From IMG/VR virus record IMGVR_UViG_3300032782_000001, positions 372,001-436,000 of that record: a stretch of DNA of 64,000 bases. The stretch is one strand, 5' to 3'. Position numbers and translations under genes: made by a program. The notes under the pieces were generated by a model, which worked only from the letters and a program-made list of their open reading frames with translations, did not search any database and was not told the origin of the DNA. This document shows positions 9,924-19,318 of this stretch, piece by piece (the stretch's first letter is position 1; each line of letters starts with the position of its first letter).

Positions 9924-11065
9924 TTACGTTCTTTCATACCTTGGAGGTAGTGATAAGCCCGCACCGGATCCCGATCCGGATGTTGAGAAAGTTCGAGAAT
10001 AGTTGGGGCATCTGGGTGTCCATATCGAATGGCGACTTCACCGCCCCCGATATATCTAATAATTGATGCCAAGAATCGAGCCGGAAAATCTCCCTGAATA
10101 CCGTCCCCTTCAATTATGGAGATAGGGATCTTGGAAAGCTCTTGATTCCCTGCTTGGAGTTCCAAATTGCCTTCTTTGCCGTCAACAGTGGATCGAGTAG
10201 TTCTAACGCTAACCCTCTGGGTGCCTTCCAGAGCCAGTAGAGCCCATTCTAAACTTTGGGCTAGCTTCTCTTGATCTGCAACCACCAATGTGCGAAATTT
10301 AGATCTATCAGTAACGGATAAAGGAGGCCGATTTCCGTTTACTTTGCTTAAAGCGAGGACCGATCCTGTACGCGGATCTTCCAAATAGAGACGCGCAGAA
10401 TCCTGAAAAATAGACACAGAATCACTACCACATTTCGCCAGGAATCCTTTGACGATTGGAACGTCATTACTTACCAGAGAAATATCGGATCGGAAAGTCG
10501 GTAGGAATGCAATTGAACCATAATAACGAGCGTTAGATATGGCGCATCCTTGATCCTTGTAAAAGTGGACCTGGTTTATGCGCATGTCCTCTTCAGTTTT
10601 GGTCTCACGGACCATAGCTGAGCATGAAACTTGTTTGAGTAGTAGATCAAAATCGGAAACACTAACTGATAAGCTATCACCGGCTACAGGCCGTGGAGGA
10701 ATTGGTGGCCTGCGAGAACTAGTGGAACGCTTCTTCAAAGTGGCTTGACGAATTTGCTCTGAATTGTGAGTATGAATGGATAGAGACTTATCATTCACAT
10801 TAATCGTCACGGAGTCCAAATCGGAATCGAAAAGAGCAGTCCGATCAACAGTGATGTAGAAATCATCCGAAATGTATCCGTCCGGAATCTTATCCAGAGG
10901 ATCTGCAAAAGTTTCCGCCCTAACAAACCTTCGTTTGTCAGCAGAAAATAAAATGAGTCGGTTGCTTGCGAACCTCAAACACAAGTCGTTTGTTTGAGGC
11001 TTCACGATTTTGGCAATCGCGAAACAACGACGTAAATCTTCTGGCGCAAACTTGAACTTCGGCAC
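9920..11065 (-). CDS. dnaN: DNA polymerase III beta-clamp-like protein
   Basis: 381 aa (beta-clamp size) with a three-lobed alpha/beta pattern (LILFSADKRRF, DLLLKQVSCSA...RINQVHF, LAQSLEWALLAL...GDFPARFLASIIRYI); context of DnaX, HolA and HolB. Confidence 0.6.
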   Translation of the reverse strand: MPKFKFAPEDLRRCFAIAKIVKPQTNDLCLRFASNRLILFSADKRRFVRAETFADPLDKIPDGYISDDFYITVDRTALFDSDLDSVTINVNDKSLSIHTHNSEQIRQATLKKRSTSSRRPPIPPRPVAGDSLSVSVSDFDLLLKQVSCSAMVRETKTEEDMRINQVHFYKDQGCAISNARYYGSIAFLPTFRSDISLVSNDVPIVKGFLAKCGSDSVSIFQDSARLYLEDPRTGSVLALSKVNGNRPPLSVTDRSKFRTLVVADQEKLAQSLEWALLALEGTQRVSVRTTRSTVDGKEGNLELQAGNQELSKIPISIIEGDGIQGDFPARFLASIIRYIGGGEVAIRYGHPDAPTILELSQHPDRDPVRAYHYLQGMKERK

Positions 11066-11066
11066 T

Positions 11067-11375
11067 TCAAGCCTTCTGAATTTCAGCCAGCATGGGTCGA
11101 ATAATCTTCTCGGCGGCTTCCAGCTCGGATCTATAGATCGTAAGCTTGGTACCGATCACTTCACTCATATGTCGGATGTCATCTTGGAGCTTGTCAGGTT
11201 CGAACCCCTCTTCCCGAGCCTGCTCCATATATGACTTGAGTGTTTGCTTACGCTCGGCTAACCGAGCTTCAATTTTATTCTTGTCTCGCTCGAGGCTGGT
11301 GCCTTTATCGGTAAGAGTCTTGTACAAGGCTTCGAGCTCGTCGATGCTCAACTCGGAGGGTGGACGTGTGTTCAT
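11067..11375 (-). CDS. Short coiled-coil protein
   Basis: 102 aa, heptad-rich, between the clamp and the nuclease. Confidence 0.65.
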   Translation of the reverse strand: MNTRPPSELSIDELEALYKTLTDKGTSLERDKNKIEARLAERKQTLKSYMEQAREEGFEPDKLQDDIRHMSEVIGTKLTIYRSELEAAEKIIRPMLAEIQKA

Positions 11376-11401
11376 ATGGCTAGAAGGATAGCATACACCC
11401 G

Positions 11402-12262
11402 TTACACCGGATCGAGATCGAAAATGGAACTTTCGATCCTGCTCCCACTTTCAACTTTCCGAGCTGCTACATGTTTACGCCCTTCTTCGCATCGATTCTG
11501 ATAATCACATCTTGAACATTCAGGACCAGTCTTTGGATCAAAAATTTTTAATTTGATCTTATTTGCTACTTCAAATGTCGTGTCGACATTTGCACGCATA
11601 GCATCAGCATCATACAATATCCATTGAATGGGTTCATCTGGGAATTTATAATGGAGGAATCCAAGCTTATCAGGTGCGACCCCGTATTTAATATAATAAA
11701 GTACAGAGTACCAAATCAGCTGCTCAGGGTCCACATACTTCTCTCTGTGTTTACTGCCTTTCCCGTCAATGATGGAAATGGGATTTTTAGTCCCATGGAT
11801 GAAATCAGCTTTCCCACCGAGTTTCAATGTAGACCCGTGTTTCGGGCTAGTGTAGATCAGTGTGAGGTCAACTTCGGATCTACTAGAATCGGTTAACAGC
11901 TTATGCTTCCTAATAACATCTAAGATTCTCGGTACCAGATTCCGCACTTCATCGACGGTTTTCAGGAATAGGTCCTTATACTCAGAAGTGTCAGCTTTTT
12001 CTTCCACGAAAATAGCTCGAGTAGCTGATTCAACGGAAGCAAGCGTCGTAGCTAGAACGTCTGGAGACATCCAAAACTGTCGGTTGTAAAACCATTCAAA
12101 GACTTTCCCCATAGACTTCCCAAACACAGTATCGTGAAGATTCCACTGCTGAGGGAGTCTCTGAATATATGAAAACATGTATTTACGTGGGCATGTCAAG
12201 TAGCACTTGCGACCTGAATAGCTCAGGTAAATATCATAATGGGGCCCGTTAGCCATGATCAA
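11402..12262 (-). CDS. PD-(D/E)XK RecB/Cas4-like nuclease
   Basis: LSYSGRKCYLTCPRKY, LGGKADFI, IIDGKGS, QLIWYSV, C-terminal CSRCDYQNRC. Confidence 0.85.
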   Translation of the reverse strand: MIMANGPHYDIYLSYSGRKCYLTCPRKYMFSYIQRLPQQWNLHDTVFGKSMGKVFEWFYNRQFWMSPDVLATTLASVESATRAIFVEEKADTSEYKDLFLKTVDEVRNLVPRILDVIRKHKLLTDSSRSEVDLTLIYTSPKHGSTLKLGGKADFIHGTKNPISIIDGKGSKHREKYVDPEQLIWYSVLYYIKYGVAPDKLGFLHYKFPDEPIQWILYDADAMRANVDTTFEVANKIKLKIFDPKTGPECSRCDYQNRCEEGRKHVAARKVESGSRIESSIFDLDPV

Positions 12263-12264
12263 CG

Positions 12265-13263
12265 CTACTCGTCGAGAGTCCCGGCCTCGGCGGCTTCGAG
12301 GATTTCTTCTATCCTAACTTTGACATCATCAGCCATGTTCGAATTCTTCAAATCTTCCAATCGGTTCCGGATACCGCCATCTTCAGGAGCTGAAGCTCCT
12401 GCTCGAAGCTGAACCAAGAAATCATTCAAAGACCTTCGCTCCGCATCCAATTGTTTCTTTTTCTCTAGGTCGAACACATTTAAAGCGTCCGCGTGCGGAA
12501 TGATGTGCTCTTCCACGTGGACTCCTCTGGAATCGCATTTAATAAGTGAAACTTTGGGTTTCCTCTCCATATTTTCAAAAGTCAGAGCGCCACGAGATAC
12601 TGCACCCAAATTCACGAATTTAATTCCAAGGTGTTCTTGAACGCCTTGATCTTTGTGATAATGGCCAAAGATATAAACATCAGGGCAACCATCGAATACC
12701 AAATCTCGATAATCAAAGATGTGCTCATGGAAGAAAGATTGGATCCGCTCTTCTGGAGCATAAGCAGCAAGAGCGTGGACGAATGCGATGGTGTAATCAG
12801 AGCCATCTTTCTTGCGGACAGAATCATGGAGGTGAGCTTCCTCCATACCGACCGTATATTCCACACCCACTACACGAACGCGAAGAGTGCCGGATTCAAA
12901 AGTTTCGTCTCGAAGTTGAGAGACAGCTCGAGACCGGAACAGGACGCCAAGAGGCTGCCTGGGGAGAGAATCCGGGTCATTACGGCTCATGTCATGGTTG
13001 CCCGCCACAGCAAAAGTGGGACACGAGCCTCCAGCATGAATTTTTGCAACGTGGCCTAACGTTGCCATTGTAGTCTTGTTTGCTTCTTTAACGTGGAAGA
13101 GATCCCCTCCACGTAGAACAGCATTGGCTTGGAAACGCCTGGCCATATCGGCTTGCCAAGCCAGCTTATCAAGGATTGCAGACCGATAATCGTCTTTCCG
13201 GAATCCCGGAGATAAATCGGCCAGATGTTCATCTGAGGAAGTGAGGAACCGGATTTCTGACAA
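12265..13263 (-). CDS. sbcD: SbcD/Mre11-like metallophosphoesterase
   Basis: DEHL, GGDLFH, AGNHD, FVH and FGHYH motifs. Start moved to TTG 13263 after GGAGG. Confidence 0.85.
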   Translation of the reverse strand: MSEIRFLTSSDEHLADLSPGFRKDDYRSAILDKLAWQADMARRFQANAVLRGGDLFHVKEANKTTMATLGHVAKIHAGGSCPTFAVAGNHDMSRNDPDSLPRQPLGVLFRSRAVSQLRDETFESGTLRVRVVGVEYTVGMEEAHLHDSVRKKDGSDYTIAFVHALAAYAPEERIQSFFHEHIFDYRDLVFDGCPDVYIFGHYHKDQGVQEHLGIKFVNLGAVSRGALTFENMERKPKVSLIKCDSRGVHVEEHIIPHADALNVFDLEKKKQLDAERRSLNDFLVQLRAGASAPEDGGIRNRLEDLKNSNMADDVKVRIEEILEAAEAGTLDE

Positions 13264-13282
13264 GATGACCTCCAGTAGGAGG

Positions 13283-13522
13283 TTACACCTCCATGATAAG
13301 GCGGACGTCAACGAGATCAGCTATTTCAGAACTGATCGGGACGCAGTCAGCCATGACACTCTTACACTTGTTGCAGACAAGCTCCCATCCGGAATGATAC
13401 TCTTTCATCCATTCCATGGATGCACCTAGTCCGCATATGCAAGTCCCGTTTACGATGATTCTGCCGTCTAAGAATCGATGAACGGAAGAATACGAACGAG
13501 GGAGTGCATTAAGCCGCGTCAT
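13283..13522 (-). CDS. Small Zn-ribbon-like protein
   Basis: ATG 13522 overlaps the recD stop; CIC...CNKC. Confidence 0.5.
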   Translation of the reverse strand: MTRLNALPRSYSSVHRFLDGRIIVNGTCICGLGASMEWMKEYHSGWELVCNKCKSVMADCVPISSEIADLVDVRLIMEV

Positions 13523-15743
13523 CACTCTTCGATTGAAGCTTTTGAAGTTCTTCAGAGATGAATGAGGAAAGCGCAGAATTCCGAACAGTTTCTCTATCAT
13601 TCGTGGTGGCAAACCTAAAAGCTCCCGGATCTCCGAAGATGAATACTTTCTTCTTCGCACGGGTAATCGCGGTGTAGATAAGATTTCGGTACAGCATTAC
13701 ACCGTACTTCATTGTCATGGGTAGAACAATATAGTCAAATTCCTGCCCTTGACACTTGTGCGCAGTACAGGCATATGCCACACGTAGAACATGACGAGCT
13801 TCTTCCACTTTAAAAGTGAAGATTTTGTCTACATATTTCGGAACGGTTGACTCAGAGTCAAACCAATCAAAAATTTTGACTTCAATTTCGTCATTCTTAA
13901 GAGAAATTCGCTGGACCTTTCCAACATCTCCATTGAAGACCATTCTATCATAATCATTCTTGATAATCATGACACGGTCTCCTTCATAGAGATCGGTCTC
14001 GCCATGACGAATCTTCGTAGTCTTGTCATATCCAGGGTTGAGGACTTCACGAAGTTCTAGATTCAGATTATTAACTCCTAAGATCCCGTCGTAGGTTGGA
14101 GCAATTACTTGGAAATTGGCATTCTTGGCCTTCATGTTGGAAGCCATGTCACAAATTTCCTCCATTACCCTGTCTTTATGATAGTGGAGGAATACAAATT
14201 CCGAATTTTGCTTGAAAGTCGTGTCCACGGGCTCACCACGAAGAATAGAATGAGCTACGGAGATAATGTCTGACTGCTTTTCTTGCCTGTAGATACGAGT
14301 TAATGACACGTGGGGGACAGATTCACAAGACATGAGATTGTTGAGAACATATCCAGGCCCAACAGATGGAAGTTGAGCTGAATCTCCAACCATGATGACA
14401 ATCGTGGAGGGAGATAAAGCAGATACTAGATGGAAGAAGGTAGCACCATCTACCATGCTCATTTCATCTACAATGACAGCATCTACGATGAACTTATTGC
14501 TGGAATCGAATTCCCATCCACCATCGCGCTTGAATCCCAACGCACGGTGAATGGTATATGCGGGTTTCCCAGTAACTTGGGAGAGTCGCTTAGCCGCGAT
14601 TCCAGTTGGAGACAATAAAGAATAGTTCAAATGAGCCTTCTCAAAAAGGTTGACGAAAGCCGAGATCAGAAGAGTTTTTCCTGTACCAGGATAACCGGAA
14701 ACTACGCAAAGACGCGAATCAGAAAGCAGCATGAAAGCCTGCCGCTGCTCTTCTGAGAGAACCAAGCCGCGACCCTTCTCGAAGGAAGAAAGGGTGTCTG
14801 CCAAATCTTTGAAAGGAAAAGGCTTCTGACTGGCAAATTCAGCCATACACTGGGCTGCAACCGATTCATGGTGCCAATTCCAAAATGGGTAAATGCGATC
14901 ATTGTCGCAAATTACGGCCTTGGACTCACGAAGTTGAGCTAAAGCCGTGTAGAATTCCGATTCAGATATATATTCACCATGAGAAAATGGCTGAAGTCCA
15001 TTGCGTCGGAACATTCGACGCGCGTGGTCAAGAATTTGGTCTGAACTTGCATACATGTGACCTTCTGATTGAGAAAGTTCGATCAGAGAATGTTGAACGA
15101 ATGCCTTAATACGCCGGGAATCATCTACCCCGATTCCAAGCTTGCGAGCAGCGATGTCGGCAGTTAAAAATCCGATTCCGGCGCAATCCGCGAGTCGATA
15201 CGGGTCTGACCGAGTAATATTCCTCGTATCAGTCCCGAATTTGGTATATACGGACTTAATTTGGGATGCAGTCAGTCCGAGTTCCGCCAAGAAAATAGCC
15301 ACAGTCCGGGTCTCGGAAGATTCTTTCCACTCCCGGATGATGGAATCAGCTTGAGGCTTCGTAAGAAAATCAAGAGATTGAATCGAATCAGCGTTAGTTT
15401 CGAGGACATGGAGAAGGTTGTCCCCATAAACTCCATAAAGTCGATTGGCTGTAACAGGACCAATCGTACGGACGTTGTTCATCAAGTAACTGACAATTCC
15501 AGCTTTCCCTTTTTCGGGAATGACTTCACATGAGGTGGCATTGAGCTGCCGACCATAAGTCGCATGCTCTTCGTATTTCCCAATAAATTTGGCCTTCAGA
15601 CCAACACTAAATGAGAAACCTGGGAAATTTCCTCGGACGGTTACTTCTGATTTCTTACCCTCCGGAATAGTCTTGAGGACATAATACCCATTCTCGCGCT
15701 TAGCGAAGAGGATACCACTGATCTTGCAGGTCAGTTCTTCCAT
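13509..15743 (-). CDS. recD: RecD2-like SF1B helicase
   Basis: N-terminal OB/HhH region (IGPVTANRL), Walker A GYPGTGKT, IVDEMSMVD, VGDSAQLPSVGPG, AYACTAHKCQGQE, LYTAITRAK. Confidence 0.93.
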   Translation of the reverse strand: MEELTCKISGILFAKRENGYYVLKTIPEGKKSEVTVRGNFPGFSFSVGLKAKFIGKYEEHATYGRQLNATSCEVIPEKGKAGIVSYLMNNVRTIGPVTANRLYGVYGDNLLHVLETNADSIQSLDFLTKPQADSIIREWKESSETRTVAIFLAELGLTASQIKSVYTKFGTDTRNITRSDPYRLADCAGIGFLTADIAARKLGIGVDDSRRIKAFVQHSLIELSQSEGHMYASSDQILDHARRMFRRNGLQPFSHGEYISESEFYTALAQLRESKAVICDNDRIYPFWNWHHESVAAQCMAEFASQKPFPFKDLADTLSSFEKGRGLVLSEEQRQAFMLLSDSRLCVVSGYPGTGKTLLISAFVNLFEKAHLNYSLLSPTGIAAKRLSQVTGKPAYTIHRALGFKRDGGWEFDSSNKFIVDAVIVDEMSMVDGATFFHLVSALSPSTIVIMVGDSAQLPSVGPGYVLNNLMSCESVPHVSLTRIYRQEKQSDIISVAHSILRGEPVDTTFKQNSEFVFLHYHKDRVMEEICDMASNMKAKNANFQVIAPTYDGILGVNNLNLELREVLNPGYDKTTKIRHGETDLYEGDRVMIIKNDYDRMVFNGDVGKVQRISLKNDEIEVKIFDWFDSESTVPKYVDKIFTFKVEEARHVLRVAYACTAHKCQGQEFDYIVLPMTMKYGVMLYRNLIYTAITRAKKKVFIFGDPGAFRFATTNDRETVRNSALSSFISEELQKLQSKSDDAA

Positions 15744-15802
15744 CTGTTACTGCCACGATCAATAGTACATCAAAAGCCCGCGAAATACAAGAAGGAAAGC
15801 TT

Positions 15803-16600
15803 TTACGAAATCCGAATCATATCATAGAATTCAGATTCGGTAATAATAGAAACCCCATATTTTTTGGCCTTCTGCATTTTGGAAGAGGTAAAGGATTGGT
15901 CCTCATTAGTAATGAGGTAAGTCAATCCAGATCCGACGGATTCTTTAACCGTCCCTCCAGCATTTAAAATATCTTTTTGTACTGCCTTACGTGGTTTAGA
16001 CGTGGCTCCCGTAATACAGAAAGATTTTCCGCTAAGAGGCCCGGAAATAGGTCGTTTCAAGTCTAGGACGGAAGCAAGGTCCAGAATTGCTTCTCTCCGT
16101 TCCTGGATTCCGGAGTATATTTGGCGAGCTGTTACTTCTCCTACGTTAGGGACTCGGAGCAAATCTTCAATCGAAGCTGAGAGGATCTTTTCTACAGTGT
16201 CCAACCCGGCCTGAACCATGTCAGTGGAAGTGGCGATACCCAAATTCTGAATATTGAGACCGGCCAACATGAGTTCAAGAGGAATAGACTTAGCCCGATG
16301 AAGAACTTCCCAACACTTCTGGGCTACTTTAACCCCAGAACAACATTCAGCCATGTCTTCAACATCCAGTCTGTACAGATCTGCAATGGAAGCGATGCGG
16401 GGATTATCCGGATCGGTCAAAGTATCAATGAAGGAATCTCCCCAGTGAAGTAAACCGAGTCGATTCACCCAAGCCTTGACCGAACCAGACAACCTGGACG
16501 GGCATCCTTTGGATCGACAATAGAGGAATTCTCCCTCTATCGTGGTTGGCCCAGCACAAGAAGGACAGGCATCAGGAATCTTGAAGAGCTCGGGCTCCAT
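15803..16600 (-). CDS. ligA: NAD-dependent DNA ligase, C-terminal part (Zn finger, HhH, BRCT)
   Basis: CPSC...YCRSKGCP Zn finger; IADLYRL; VPNVGEVTA HhH; BRCT GKSFCITG...GGTVKESV...LITNE...SSKMQKAKKYGV. Confidence 0.9.
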   Translation of the reverse strand: MEPELFKIPDACPSCAGPTTIEGEFLYCRSKGCPSRLSGSVKAWVNRLGLLHWGDSFIDTLTDPDNPRIASIADLYRLDVEDMAECCSGVKVAQKCWEVLHRAKSIPLELMLAGLNIQNLGIATSTDMVQAGLDTVEKILSASIEDLLRVPNVGEVTARQIYSGIQERREAILDLASVLDLKRPISGPLSGKSFCITGATSKPRKAVQKDILNAGGTVKESVGSGLTYLITNEDQSFTSSKMQKAKKYGVSIITESEFYDMIRIS

Positions 16601-16623
16601 GCCCGAGGTTACACGTAACAGAT

Positions 16624-17085
16624 TTAAGCCTGTTCTTGTTGCTCTTCAGCAGCCGGGGCAGGGGTCTCTTCTTCCACTTCAACGGGAACTTCGTAGACCT
16701 CTTCGGGCGCCGGGGGCGCCGGGGGTGCCCCGTGCTGCGGAGGACCGCCTTGAGGCGAACCATAGGCCATGTCGGATTCGGCCATCTGAAGCTTGCCGTC
16801 GTAGAATGCCTTAGAGAATTTCGAGAGTTCTTCGCCCAACGCCAGAACCTCTTCAGAAATCTTCTCGAGCTCTGAAAGCTCTCCACCAATGAAATCGCCC
16901 TGGAGGCGAGCCAGCTTGGCGTAAAGGACGTGAGTGTCCTTCAAGACGTCAGCAATGTAGGAGTTGACCCGTTGCCATTCAGCATCCCTATCCGTGGCTG
17001 CGGACCTAACGAGGTGCAGATTCCTGCGATCACGAAGCTCTTGGGCCACGCGATACGCCACAGTCGCAAAATTGGAAGCAGGCAT
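16624..17085 (-). CDS. Hypothetical coiled-coil protein with a Pro/Glu-rich tail, between the ligase halves
   Basis: Start moved to ATG 17085 after AGAGGA; 153 aa. Confidence 0.65.
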   Translation of the reverse strand: MPASNFATVAYRVAQELRDRRNLHLVRSAATDRDAEWQRVNSYIADVLKDTHVLYAKLARLQGDFIGGELSELEKISEEVLALGEELSKFSKAFYDGKLQMAESDMAYGSPQGGPPQHGAPPAPPAPEEVYEVPVEVEEETPAPAAEEQQEQA

Positions 17086-17153
17086 GCAGGTCCTCTTAGG
17101 AAGAGGCGCCACCAAAGGGCTATTTAGATATCGAACTAGTGTACCATAGGGGT

Positions 17154-18281
17154 ATGGACCGCAAAGAAGAATTGAAGAAACTAATCCAAGAAGCGCAAGA
17201 AGCTTACTACAATTTGGAACCCAAAGTATCGGACCAAGTTTATGACGCATGGGTTGATGAACTGACTCAGTTAGACCCCATTGCAACAGAAGTTACGGTC
17301 GTCGGGGCTCCGGTTCCACAGTTATCGGTCTGGGAGAAAGTTGCTCACGAGATCCCAATGGGGTCTCTCAATAAAGTTAATTCATTCGAAGAGTTCAAAG
17401 AGTGGGCTCAGAAAACCGGGGCGTCCACTTTGTTCATGACTCACAAAGTTGACGGGTCATCGATGGAATTAGTTTATAAGTCCGGCAAGCTTATCAGGTG
17501 CGTGACTAGAGGTGACGGCATCATCGGCGAAGATGTGACCGCCAATGTCATTCAAATCCCATCAGTGCCCAAACAATTAGAGGAACCGGTGGACGTCACT
17601 GTGCGCGGTGAAATTGTCATGTTCAAAAGCGTTTTCGAGAAAAAATATGCGGGAGTCTACGCCAACCCGCGCAATACCGCAGCAGCCAAGGTCCGCGAGA
17701 AGAAAGGAGGAGGAGAAACATGCCGAGATCTGGAATTTATAGCTTATTGGATGCAACTTGGAGACAATGCATTTCAACCGAAGACCGTGGTCTTCATGAT
17801 CGATTGGCTCGAAAGGCGGAAATTTAACATCCCAGAGTGCTCGGTCACAATCATCACCGAAATGGACCATATGTATCGACTTTATGAGTCCACTAAGAAA
17901 AATCGAGATTCAATCCCTTACGAAATCGATGGAATGGTGGTGTCTGTTAACAACCTCGATAGATTCGAAGAACTCGGGGAACTCAACATGCGTCCAAGAG
18001 GACAAATTGCGTGGAAATTTGACTCAGCGATGGGGATATCAAGGGTCATTGACATTAAATGGCAAGTTGGACTCACGGGACGAATTACTCCCGTCGCAAG
18101 CATTGAGCCTGTGAATATCGGTGGTGTAACAATTACAAGCGTCTCTCTCCATAACCTGACGTTATTCCGAGATCTTCGTCTCTCCCCCGGATCTCAAGTT
18201 CTCGTCTCCAGAAGAAATGACGTTATCCCATACATCGAAGCTAGGTTGGACGACAACAAAGCTGATGAGCTCAAGCAATGA
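17154..18281 (+). CDS. ligA: NAD-dependent DNA ligase, N-terminal part (Ia, adenylation, OB domains)
   Basis: YYNLEPKVSDQVYD, HEIPMGSLNK, KVDGSS (catalytic Lys), TRGDGIIGEDVT, VRGEI, NPRNTAA, YEIDGMVV, WQVGLTGRITPVA, RNDVIP; ends right after the OB domain. Confidence 0.93.
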   Translation: MDRKEELKKLIQEAQEAYYNLEPKVSDQVYDAWVDELTQLDPIATEVTVVGAPVPQLSVWEKVAHEIPMGSLNKVNSFEEFKEWAQKTGASTLFMTHKVDGSSMELVYKSGKLIRCVTRGDGIIGEDVTANVIQIPSVPKQLEEPVDVTVRGEIVMFKSVFEKKYAGVYANPRNTAAAKVREKKGGGETCRDLEFIAYWMQLGDNAFQPKTVVFMIDWLERRKFNIPECSVTIITEMDHMYRLYESTKKNRDSIPYEIDGMVVSVNNLDRFEELGELNMRPRGQIAWKFDSAMGISRVIDIKWQVGLTGRITPVASIEPVNIGGVTITSVSLHNLTLFRDLRLSPGSQVLVSRRNDVIPYIEARLDDNKADELKQ

Positions 18282-18499
18282 CACGACCTCGACATGAAGC
18301 AGCTAAGACTCGACTCAATCTGCAGATTCCAGACGGCTTCCGGGAAACACTAGAAAATGTTCGAAAGAAAACCGACGCGGCCTCCATAACAGAGGTAATC
18401 ATTAAAGCAGTTCGGGTATATGAAGCAATAAGTAAGTCCAACGCCAGGTTGATACTGAGGTATCCTGACGGAATGGAAAAAGAAGTTTGGGTGATCTAA
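18278..18499 (+). CDS. Ribbon-helix-helix-like DNA-binding protein
   Basis: RLNLQIPD...LENVRKKTDAASITEVIIKAV pattern; ATGA overlap with the ligase-N stop. Confidence 0.6.
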   Translation: MTRPRHEAAKTRLNLQIPDGFRETLENVRKKTDAASITEVIIKAVRVYEAISKSNARLILRYPDGMEKEVWVI

Positions 18500-19014
18500 A
18501 GTTCGTAAATACCAATATACGGTAAATTTCGATATCTCTCATCGAAATCCAATCCATACCCAACAACAAAATGATCTTCAATAGTGAATCCGAGATAATC
18601 GATCGGAACCTCAACCTTCTTACGAGAAGGTTTGTGTAAGAGTGCGCAAACTGCAATGCTGGACGGATTCCTTGCTTGAAGCACTGATAAAAGATAATGA
18701 ATCGTAAGTCCAGTATCGATAATATCTTCTACCAACAAAATGTGCCTGCCTTCTATCGGTTTCACCAAATCGGCAGTGATCCGGACTTCTCCGGAAGATG
18801 AGAGAGAATTTCCGTATGAACTGGCTGCTAGAAAATCGATGGTCATGCTGGGAGAATCGATGGCTCGGACCAAATCAGCCAGAAAGATGAAAGAACCTTT
18901 CAAGACACCAATTACAGTCAAAAGTTGGCCGTCATAACGTTTCCGGATTTCTTCCCCAAGAGTGGAGACTCGGAGAGAAATATCGCTAGCAGAGAGAAGT
19001 TCCTGCATAGTCAA
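18496..19014 (-). CDS. hpt: Hypoxanthine-guanine phosphoribosyltransferase
   Basis: IGVLKGSFIFLADL, SSYG, LLVEDIIDTGLT (PRPP loop), FVVGYGLD...YRNLPYI. Confidence 0.95.
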   Translation of the reverse strand: MTMQELLSASDISLRVSTLGEEIRKRYDGQLLTVIGVLKGSFIFLADLVRAIDSPSMTIDFLAASSYGNSLSSSGEVRITADLVKPIEGRHILLVEDIIDTGLTIHYLLSVLQARNPSSIAVCALLHKPSRKKVEVPIDYLGFTIEDHFVVGYGLDFDERYRNLPYIGIYEL

Positions 19015-19271
19015 CTCACTTTATTTCCTTGAGCGGCGGCCGTCATCTCTTCAATAGTTTGAAGAGATTCAAACGAAATCATTGTAATTCGAACTTTCTT
19101 ACCAAGCAATGTGGCTAGCGCCGCTTGTGGATCGAATCCTATGCCATCATCGTCCACTAATACCAAATGACCAGTTTTACCATCAAGGGTAACCGTTCCA
19201 TCACGGAGTACCCCCGCATCAAAGCCGTGTTGGAACCTGTCACCATCATTATCGTAATCGATTTCGGCCAT
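19011..19271 (-). CDS. Hypothetical acidic protein
   Basis: 86 aa; YGTA motif 8 nt upstream of the ATG. Confidence 0.6.
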   Translation of the reverse strand: MAEIDYDNDGDRFQHGFDAGVLRDGTVTLDGKTGHLVLVDDDGIGFDPQAALATLLGKKVRITMISFESLQTIEEMTAAAQGNKVS

Positions 19272-19318
19272 ATGTAACGGTACGCAGAAAATTCGGGAAG
19301 ACGAATGTATTAAGGGGA

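Noticed and set aside
12510-12523. TTCCACGTGGAC as a second parS
   Set aside because: It lies inside sbcD, the flanks do not match, and only an 8-bp core is palindromic.
13274-13290. GTGTAA here (and at 11402 and 29271) counted as promoter-motif copies
   Set aside because: They are Val-stop codon pairs (GTG TAA) ending ORFs and are not 8-9 nt from a start, so they were left out of the count.
15803-18281. Ligase as a pseudogene, or interrupted by an intein, intron or frameshift
   Set aside because: Both halves keep all catalytic and Zn motifs and their own upstream motif. They are on opposite strands, which an intein or frameshift cannot explain; no splicing motifs were seen.
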